Assembly (NCBI GenBank): GCA_030599585.1
Contig: JAUVNS010000004.1
Span: forward strand, 192,001-256,000
Direction: 5' to 3'
Length of the DNA stretch: 64,000 nucleotides
Origin: Promethearchaeota archaeon
Lineage (GTDB): Archaea > Asgardarchaeota > Lokiarchaeia > Sigyniarchaeales > SOKP01
Shown here in pieces: positions 57,347 to 64,000 of the stretch. A model generated the notes under the pieces. That model was given only the letters and a program-made list of their open reading frames with translations, was not told the origin of the DNA and ran no database searches. A program made the position numbers and the translations under genes. How positions within the stretch are numbered: the stretch's first letter is position 1; the number at the start of each line of letters is the position of its first letter.

Positions 57347-58540
57347 TTATTTTTGATACTGTTGTAATACTTCATTCAAAATACCTATGCCTTTATCAAT
57401 CTCCTTTTTTCCAATAATCAGAGGTGGGACAAACCTTAAAACATTTTCGCCAGCACCTAATAAGAGTAGACTTTTTTCCATACAATCTTTAACTATATTT
57501 TTGACTGAGCAATTTAATTCAATCCCGAGCATTAAACCTTGTCCCCTTACATCTATTATCATTTCATATTTTTCTTGTAATTCTATTAGCTTAATTTTGA
57601 GGTAAGCTCCTACTTCCTGTACATTTTTAAGAACTCCTCCATATAATAGCTTTTTTAGAATTACTTTGCCTGCAGTACATGCCAAAGGATTACCCCCAAA
57701 AGTAGACGCGTGATCACCTGGTTGCAAAGCATCGGCCTTATTCTGAGTAGCCAACATTGCTCCAATTGGGAAACCACCACCTAACCCTTTCGCTAATGAT
57801 ACTACATCTGGTTTTACATCAAATAATTGATAGGCAAAGAGTTTACCTGTTCTCCCTACTCCACATTGAACCTCATCAAATACAAGGACAATGTCATTCT
57901 TATCGCAAAGAGATCGAACTTTTTCTAGATAAGTCTTCTCAGCAGGATGAATTCCACCCTCTCCTTGTATAGGTTCAATAATAATTGCACACGTGTTTTC
58001 ACTAACTGCCTTCTCTAACTCATTAAAATTATTAAATTCTACGTAGGAAAATCCAGGCAATAACGGATTATATCCTTTTTGATACTTAGTTTGTCCTGTC
58101 GCAGTAACAGTTGCCATCGTTCTTCCATGAAACGATTTTTTCATTGTGATGATTTCATAGCAATTTTCTCCACGAACCTTCTTTCCATATTTCTTACTTA
58201 ACTTTATTGCCGCTTCTACCGCTTCTGCTCCACTATTACAATAAAAAACTTTGTCAAAACAACTGTTTTGAATTAAAATTTCACCTAATTCAATTGAAGG
58301 AGGCATCCAATACAGATTTGAACAATGCTGCAATTTTGCCAATTGAGTAGATATCTCTTTTACATAATCACTATCATTATAACCTAGTACGTTTACAGCT
58401 ATGCCCGCGACAAAATCTAAATACTTCTTTCCATTATTATCCCAAAGATATACTCCATTACCTTTTTCCAAAACAATAGGGAATTGGCTATAGGTGTTCA
58501 TTATAACTTTGGCACCCCTTTCAATCCATTCATTCGTCAT
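57347..58540 (-). CDS. argD: Acetylornithine aminotransferase
   Basis: NSGAEA, SFHGRT, EPIQGEGG, FDEVQCGVGRTG, AKGLGGG, HASTFGGNP. Confidence 0.95.
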   Translation of the reverse strand: MTNEWIERGAKVIMNTYSQFPIVLEKGNGVYLWDNNGKKYLDFVAGIAVNVLGYNDSDYVKEISTQLAKLQHCSNLYWMPPSIELGEILIQNSCFDKVFYCNSGAEAVEAAIKLSKKYGKKVRGENCYEIITMKKSFHGRTMATVTATGQTKYQKGYNPLLPGFSYVEFNNFNELEKAVSENTCAIIIEPIQGEGGIHPAEKTYLEKVRSLCDKNDIVLVFDEVQCGVGRTGKLFAYQLFDVKPDVVSLAKGLGGGFPIGAMLATQNKADALQPGDHASTFGGNPLACTAGKVILKKLLYGGVLKNVQEVGAYLKIKLIELQEKYEMIIDVRGQGLMLGIELNCSVKNIVKDCMEKSLLLLGAGENVLRFVPPLIIGKKEIDKGIGILNEVLQQYQK

Positions 58541-58578
58541 TATTCTTATCTCTTTTTTATTTCATTCTATTTTTGATT

Positions 58579-59442
58579 CTATTTTATAAACATCGTACCT
58601 ATTCCATGTGGAGTAAAAATTTCAAGCAATAAACTATGCTCTACTCGTCCATCGATAATATGGACTGTATTCACCCCATTTTGTATTGCTTCTACGCAAC
58701 ATTTTACTTTAGGAATCATTCCATTAGTGATAATCCCATCCCCTATATAGGATAACGCTTGATCGACATTCATCTCTGAAATTAGCGTTGTATGATCATT
58801 TATATTACTAAATACGCCAGATACATCTGTTAGGAAGACCAATTTTTCAGCATTTAATGATTTTGAAATTGCAGATGCTACATCATCGGCATTGATATTA
58901 TATGTGTTGCCTAAATTATCCTTGCCAATAGGAGCAATCACAGGAATTATGGAATTTTTTAATATATCTTTTAAAAGGCTAGTTTTTACATTTATAACCT
59001 CACCAACGAAACCCAAATCTTTTCCTTCAATTATCTTTTTCTTAGCATCCAATAAATCCCCATCTTTTCCACATAATCCTAAAGCATCTACACCTTGAAG
59101 TTGAATGTCGTTAACAATCCCTTTGTTAACACTACCTGCTAATACCATCTCTACAACTTCCATGGTTTCTTCATCAGTAATTCTAAGTCCGTTGAAAAAT
59201 TTTGGTTCGATACTCAGTTTTTTTAGCATTTTGTTGATTGAATGTCCACCTCCGTGTACTACTATAACATTAATACCAACTAAATTCATGAAAGCAATGT
59301 CTTCAACAAAAGTCTTCTTTAATTCAGCGTTTTTCATTGCACTCCCTCCATATTTTATTATTATCGTTTTTCCAGAAAATTTTTTAATAAACTGGAGTGC
59401 CTCAACTAAAATTTTTACCTGCTCTGTTTTTTCAATAATAAT
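58579..59442 (-). CDS. argB: Acetylglutamate kinase; probable ATT start (59442 or 59439)
   Basis: IKYGGSAM, VHGGG, GLRITD, NINAD, GMIPK; AAGGAGGT SD follows argJ stop; track ATG 59484 lies inside argJ. Confidence 0.93.
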   Translation of the reverse strand: MIIEKTEQVKILVEALQFIKKFSGKTIIIKYGGSAMKNAELKKTFVEDIAFMNLVGINVIVVHGGGHSINKMLKKLSIEPKFFNGLRITDEETMEVVEMVLAGSVNKGIVNDIQLQGVDALGLCGKDGDLLDAKKKIIEGKDLGFVGEVINVKTSLLKDILKNSIIPVIAPIGKDNLGNTYNINADDVASAISKSLNAEKLVFLTDVSGVFSNINDHTTLISEMNVDQALSYIGDGIITNGMIPKVKCCVEAIQNGVNTVHIIDGRVEHSLLLEIFTPHGIGTMFIK

Positions 59443-59452
59443 AAATACCTCC

Positions 59453-60694
59453 TTATGATCTATAATCACCATTAATTCGTACATATTCGTAGCTTAAATC
59501 ACAGCCCCATGCGGTTGCTTCACCAGTACCCTCCTTCAAAAGTAATTCAACTGTAATTTCATTTTCTTTCAAAATTTTTAATGCTAATTCTTCATCAAAT
59601 TGTAGAGGTGTTCCTTCTTGCATGAGCATAATCGAATGAGCACCATTATGAAAATTGATTGAAACTCCTGTAGGATTAAAATTTGCTCCAGAATATCCCA
59701 TGGCTGCTAGAATTCTACCCCAATTAGCATCTTCTCCAAAAAAAGCTGTTTTTACTAAATTTGAAGTAATAACTGATTTGCTCAAGAGTCTAGCATCTTT
59801 TTTTGATGCGGCACCTGAAACTTTTACCTCAATAAATTTCTTAGCACCTTCTCCATCTTTTACAATTTCTTGGGCTAAAAAAAGATTAACTAAATGAAGA
59901 GCTTTCTTAAATAAATAATATTCCTCATTTTCTTCCTTAATTTCTGTATTTCCCCCACATCCATTAGCTAATAGAAGCACTAAGTCATTTGTACTTGTAT
60001 CACCATCTACAGAGATCATATTATATGAGTCATCGACACTTTTTTTCAGAGCTTTATTTAATAACTCTCTTGAAATGTTGATATCCGTAGTAATGAAGGA
60101 AAGCATAGTTGCCATATTGGGATGAATCATTCCAGAACCTTTAGCCATACCTCCAATTCTGACTTTCTTATCGTCGATAGAAAACTCAACTGAAATTTGT
60201 TTTGGATAAGTATCAGTGGTCATAATTGCTTGGGCAGCCAAAAATGCGTCTGAAGTTGTATTTCCCAATTTTTCGTATGTATTATTAATTCCTGCAACTA
60301 TAGTATCAATTGGGAGCGGAACTCCAATTATTCCAGTAGATGCTACCAGAACCTGATTTTTATCTACCCCCAAACAAAATGCTAACTGATTTGCTATTGT
60401 TTCTGTATGTTTAGCCCCAACTTCCCCTGTACAAGCATTTGCATTTCCACTATTAATAACAATTGCTTTTACTCCATTTGGATTTTGAATAAGGTTCTGA
60501 TTCCATAAAATTGAGGACGCTTTAACTACATTCGTCGTAAAAACGCCAACTGCCTTAGCCGGAACTTCACTAAATATCAAAGCTAAGTCTTTTTTGCGCT
60601 CTTTAATTCCAATATGGCTACCAGTAGCACGATATCCCTTTGGACTTGTAATACTTCCACTTAATTTCTTTATACCTGTGTTGTTTATTTCCAT
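59453..60694 (-). CDS. argJ: Ornithine acetyltransferase / glutamate N-acetyltransferase
   Basis: NSGNANACTG, KGSGMIHPNMATML autoproteolysis site, DGDTSTND, DGEGA. Confidence 0.97.
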   Translation of the reverse strand: MEINNTGIKKLSGSITSPKGYRATGSHIGIKERKKDLALIFSEVPAKAVGVFTTNVVKASSILWNQNLIQNPNGVKAIVINSGNANACTGEVGAKHTETIANQLAFCLGVDKNQVLVASTGIIGVPLPIDTIVAGINNTYEKLGNTTSDAFLAAQAIMTTDTYPKQISVEFSIDDKKVRIGGMAKGSGMIHPNMATMLSFITTDINISRELLNKALKKSVDDSYNMISVDGDTSTNDLVLLLANGCGGNTEIKEENEEYYLFKKALHLVNLFLAQEIVKDGEGAKKFIEVKVSGAASKKDARLLSKSVITSNLVKTAFFGEDANWGRILAAMGYSGANFNPTGVSINFHNGAHSIMLMQEGTPLQFDEELALKILKENEITVELLLKEGTGEATAWGCDLSYEYVRINGDYRS

Positions 60695-60723
60695 TTCTTT
60701 AAACTCTTTATGATTTTTATTTT

Positions 60724-60800
60724 AATATCCTCTTATAAAAAAATAATAAATTAGAAGAAGTGAAGAAAGAAGAATATCTCCTCAATTCTTATTATTATTA
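60724..60800 (-). promoter_or_regulatory. Putative attenuator of arg operon: hairpin + U-run with an alternative pairing
   Basis: minus strand AATAATAagAATT-GAGGAG (60796-60778) can pair with TTCTTC-t-AATT-TATTATT (60759-60742), running into a U-tract to 60737; alternatively GATATTCTTCTT (60778-60767) pairs with AAGAGGATATT (60734-60724). Confidence 0.5.
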
Positions 60801-60805
60801 TAGAA

Positions 60806-60901
60806 TTAAAGCCGGAGCCGTGCCGGTCTGGGATTGTGCGGTGCTTCTAGAAATTGTATACTTACAATTTCATTATTCAAATGAGGATCAAGTGAGATCA
60901 A
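60806..60901 (-). CDS. Candidate arg leader peptide (31 aa, MISLDPHLNNEIVSIQFLEAPHNPRPARLRL)
   Basis: TGGTG SD-like 9 nt before TTG; ends CCC AGA CCG GCA CGG CTC CGG CTT TAA, a GC-rich patch in an AT-rich intergenic region. Confidence 0.6.
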   Translation of the reverse strand: MISLDPHLNNEIVSIQFLEAPHNPRPARLRL

Positions 60902-60943
60902 CCTTCATAACACCAACGCAATATTATTATTAGTATATAGAAG

Positions 60944-60957
60944 TGAGGCTATATAAA
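60944..60957 (-). promoter_or_regulatory. TATA box with GCCTCA element, likely arg operon promoter
   Basis: TTTATATAGCCTCA; matches 9417-9430. Confidence 0.55.
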
Positions 60958-61044
60958 TTAAATGAATTTTAATTGTTTTATTCCATCTAAAAAACACGAT
61001 AAGGTATTTTCATATTTTGTTAAAACTTTTCAAAAATTCAAATA

Positions 61045-62529
61045 TCAGGAGATAAGATTCTTAATTGTTTTTTTCCTAAGAATGGTAGCTTTTCTTATCA
61101 TTTCTAGTCTTTTCAAAAACAAATTGTGTAATTTTTCTTTATTATTTATTAATTTTTGAATGTTAAGTCTGACTTCTTTCTCAGCTGGAGAACCTTGACT
61201 AATTCTTCTTTCTAAACAAAGATCTAATTTTCTTAAGGTTTGAATTATGTTATCTGATATTTTTATTTCCTCATTTATTACATCTAAGATACATTTCTCA
61301 ATTTTTTCTTTATTTAACATATCTTCTGGTTTTTCTGAATTTTTTACTAAAAGTGCGACAATTTTATGTGATTGTCTAAAAGGGATGTTATAATTTTGAA
61401 CTAATAATTCTGCTAAATCTAATGCCAAAATGAAACTCTCATTAACAGCCTTTCTCAAATTTTCTTTATTAATTGATATAGTTGAAAATATTCCCGTAAA
61501 CATTTCAATTATCGAAAGAAGTAACTCGAATGAACTTTCTAATAATGGTTTCAAATCTTGAAAATCTCTAAAATATCCTGTTGGAATTGATTTAACGACC
61601 ATTACGGCATTAAATAGGTTTGATGTAATTTTAGAACTCTTACTCCTAATTAATTCCAGTGTATCGGGATTTTTCTTTTGAGGCATAACACTTGAAACTG
61701 AACAATACGCATTATCTAACTCAATAAAGTTAAATTCGCTTGTAGACCAAATAATCAGATCTTCTGCTATTCTTGAAAAATGAATTGCTAATGAGGAAAG
61801 TCCCATTAAAGTTTCGTATATATAATCTCGCGAGCTAACAGCATCAATAGAATTATAAACAATTCCATTAAAACCTAATAGTTCTGCGGTTCGAAGCCTA
61901 TCGATGCTAATACTTGTTCCTCCAATAGCACATGCTCCAAGAGGGTTCTTATTAACTCTTTTATAAATTTCTTCTATTCTTTCAAGAGATCTTAAAATTT
62001 GTGCAAGATAATTATTGATATAATGTGAAAATACTCCTAGCTGCCCCTTTTGCAGATGAGTATATAATGGCATGTATGTATCAATGTTTTTCTTAGAAAC
62101 ATCAAGTAAAACTTCAATTAATGTGAATAATTCTTTAGTGATATTATTTAATTCCTTTCTTATTTTTAATCTTAAATCAACTGAGATTTGATCATTTCTC
62201 GATCTACCTGTGTGTATTTTTCCGCCTATTTCAATACCAATTTTATCAATAACGCTCTGTTCTATAAAAGGATGAATATCTTCAAAATCTTCGTTTAATT
62301 CAATCTGATTCGTTAATATTTTTTCTCTTATCTCTTCAAGGGAAGTTAAGATCTTTTTGATTTCAATTTTATTAAGCAAATTTTGTTCAAAAAGCATAAT
62401 ATCATGCACTTCCGTTCCTATAATATCTTCTTCAGCAATCCATAAATCCTCTTTTAAAGATGAAATAAACTTCAAGGCTTTTTTATCAAGCGGAATATCT
62501 AATCTTGTTCTAAATAAATTTTTAGGCAT
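61045..62529 (-). CDS. argH: Argininosuccinate lyase
   Basis: FEDIH, HTGRSRNDQ, YTHLQ, SSVMPQKKNPD. Confidence 0.97.
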   Translation of the reverse strand: MPKNLFRTRLDIPLDKKALKFISSLKEDLWIAEEDIIGTEVHDIMLFEQNLLNKIEIKKILTSLEEIREKILTNQIELNEDFEDIHPFIEQSVIDKIGIEIGGKIHTGRSRNDQISVDLRLKIRKELNNITKELFTLIEVLLDVSKKNIDTYMPLYTHLQKGQLGVFSHYINNYLAQILRSLERIEEIYKRVNKNPLGACAIGGTSISIDRLRTAELLGFNGIVYNSIDAVSSRDYIYETLMGLSSLAIHFSRIAEDLIIWSTSEFNFIELDNAYCSVSSVMPQKKNPDTLELIRSKSSKITSNLFNAVMVVKSIPTGYFRDFQDLKPLLESSFELLLSIIEMFTGIFSTISINKENLRKAVNESFILALDLAELLVQNYNIPFRQSHKIVALLVKNSEKPEDMLNKEKIEKCILDVINEEIKISDNIIQTLRKLDLCLERRISQGSPAEKEVRLNIQKLINNKEKLHNLFLKRLEMIRKATILRKKTIKNLIS

Positions 62530-62598
62530 GATTAATCTGAAAAATTGTGATATAAATTATAAATATATTTATTTTCCACTTTTTAATATTTTTAATAT

Positions 62599-63603
62599 TT
62601 AACCTCGGTAATATTTCAATAATCCTTCTAGGATTTTAGGAGCATCATCTATAATACAATAATCAGCAGTTTTAAAAATAGGGGCGTTTGGATCTTTATT
62701 GATTGCAACTATCGTTTTTGATTTTGTTATTCCAACAATATGTTGAATTGCTCCAGAAATTCCAAATGAGAGATATAAATCAGGAAAAATAGTTTCACCA
62801 CTTATGCCAATTTGCAGGTGTTCTGGCATCCACCCATCCATTATTGGACGTCTGGTTCCACCTACTTGTCCGTTTATGTTTTTTGCCAATATGAAAATTT
62901 TGTCAAAGTTTTCCTTTGACATTAAACCATGTCCTCCACCTATTACAAATTTCGCATCTGATAGAGTAGCGGAAGGCTTATCTTTACGGGTTGGGTTTCC
63001 AATTATTTTAATTCTGAGTTTAATTGGATCAAAATTATATTGAACTTTTTCTCTTTCTAAATCCAATTTTTTCAGTCTATTCTTTTGAAATGTGCCCATA
63101 GTAACAGTACACATCTGGGGTCTTGTTTCTGGGCAAATAATTTTCACTATTATATCCCCTAAATATGCTGGTTTATCACTTATTAAAAGATTATTCTCTT
63201 CTTTCTTTAACTCTAAATTTAGAATATCACTTACCAAACCAGTACGACAACGGTATGCTAAACGTGCAGCTAGTGCATTACCTGCCTCTGTTGATGGAAA
63301 TAAAAAGATTGAAGGTTTATACTTTTTAATAAGGTCAAAGATAAGATCTGTAAAAATTCTCTCTTGATAATGTTTTAGATCACTATGACTTATATAAATG
63401 GTTTTATCAACACCATGTTCCTCAATTGTAGGTATGTATTGTTCTGCATCAAGGGCAAGTAAAATTCCTACTAATCTTTGTCCTAACTTATCAGCAATTT
63501 CTCTTGCTTTTCCTAATATCTCCAAAGCACAATCATGGACTTGGACATGATCTTTGATTTCTGTAAAAACCCATACATCCTTATAGGTATTTAATTTACT
63601 CAA
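62599..63603 (-). CDS. etfA: Electron transfer flavoprotein alpha subunit
   Basis: RPQMCTV, QIGISG, GISGAIQH..G, AINKDPNAPIF. Confidence 0.95.
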   Translation of the reverse strand: MSKLNTYKDVWVFTEIKDHVQVHDCALEILGKAREIADKLGQRLVGILLALDAEQYIPTIEEHGVDKTIYISHSDLKHYQERIFTDLIFDLIKKYKPSIFLFPSTEAGNALAARLAYRCRTGLVSDILNLELKKEENNLLISDKPAYLGDIIVKIICPETRPQMCTVTMGTFQKNRLKKLDLEREKVQYNFDPIKLRIKIIGNPTRKDKPSATLSDAKFVIGGGHGLMSKENFDKIFILAKNINGQVGGTRRPIMDGWMPEHLQIGISGETIFPDLYLSFGISGAIQHIVGITKSKTIVAINKDPNAPIFKTADYCIIDDAPKILEGLLKYYRG

Positions 63604-63617
63604 ATTTACCCCTTCTT

Positions 63618-64000
63618 TTATTTTTGACCGGAATAAACATTATTAATTCCATTTTCTTTCATAATCTGAATTAAACTCTTTATCTTTTCATTTACAGAGC
63701 CTTCTAAGATATTATTTTTTCTTTTTATCTCTACTTTCTCAATTTTAACCATTTTTGTAGGAGATTTAGTGTATCCATCAATATATTTTGGAAAATTGAA
63801 TGTTTTATAATCAAAGATTTGAATTTTCCTTTCAAAGGCTTTTTTGATTCCTGATAATGATACAAACCTAGGATTATTAAAATTAGTTACAGTTCTTAAT
63901 AAAATAGGTAACTCTACTTCAATATTTTGCGATTCATGCCCAAAATTGCGATGACATTTAATAATATGATTCTCAATTTCCAAAGTAAAAATATCTGTAA
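63618..64000 (-). CDS. etfB: Electron transfer flavoprotein beta subunit, 3' part (5' end beyond window)
   Basis: LPILL...NNPRFVSLSGI...SPT; frame open to the window edge; upstream of etfA. Confidence 0.85.
   Translation of the reverse strand, partial: TDIFTLEIENHIIKCHRNFGHESQNIEVELPILLRTVTNFNNPRFVSLSGIKKAFERKIQIFDYKTFNFPKYIDGYTKSPTKMVKIEKVEIKRKNNILEGSVNEKIKSLIQIMKENGINNVYSGQK

Noticed and set aside
7315-63367. Numerous 60-120 aa ORFs overlapping annotated genes (e.g. 7315, 9996, 24697, 44433, 55435, 59105, 63092)
   Set aside because: Antisense or out-of-frame shadows of well-supported CDSs.
63618-63983. TTG 63983 as start of a 121-aa protein
   Set aside because: Frame stays open to the window edge; it is the 3' part of etfB.

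Overview
AT-rich archaeal chromosomal segment, most consistent with an Asgard (Lokiarchaeia-like) genome. This is an inference from the gene content: a PolB1-type polymerase, tetraether synthase Tes, archaeal ACS subunits cdhB/cdhC, a tRNA with a BHB-type intron, a thiolase/DUF35/SCP2 module and multiple Fe-S paralogues. It holds about 55 mostly metabolic and housekeeping genes, including an acetyl-pathway arg cluster (argH; argJ-B-D-C-G plus a stand-alone Lrp/AsnC domain), NAD salvage, ETF and a lone MTase-TRD fusion. No transposase, integrase or CRISPR array was seen. The main signals are missing from the ORF track. (1) Three short uORFs with amino-acid-biased 3' ends, each immediately followed by a hairpin and U/pyrimidine tract. 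Two are Val/Leu/Ile-rich and precede a pair of related ~58-aa proteins (8.8-9.9 kb); one carries rare CGG Arg codons and precedes the arg operon. Together they are a candidate archaeal leader-peptide attenuation system. (2) A >2069-aa all-membrane protein with an exact 184-aa repeat, running off the left edge. (3) Probable ATT start codons for dapL and argB. (4) tRNA-Thr(UGU) with a non-canonical 32/33 intron.
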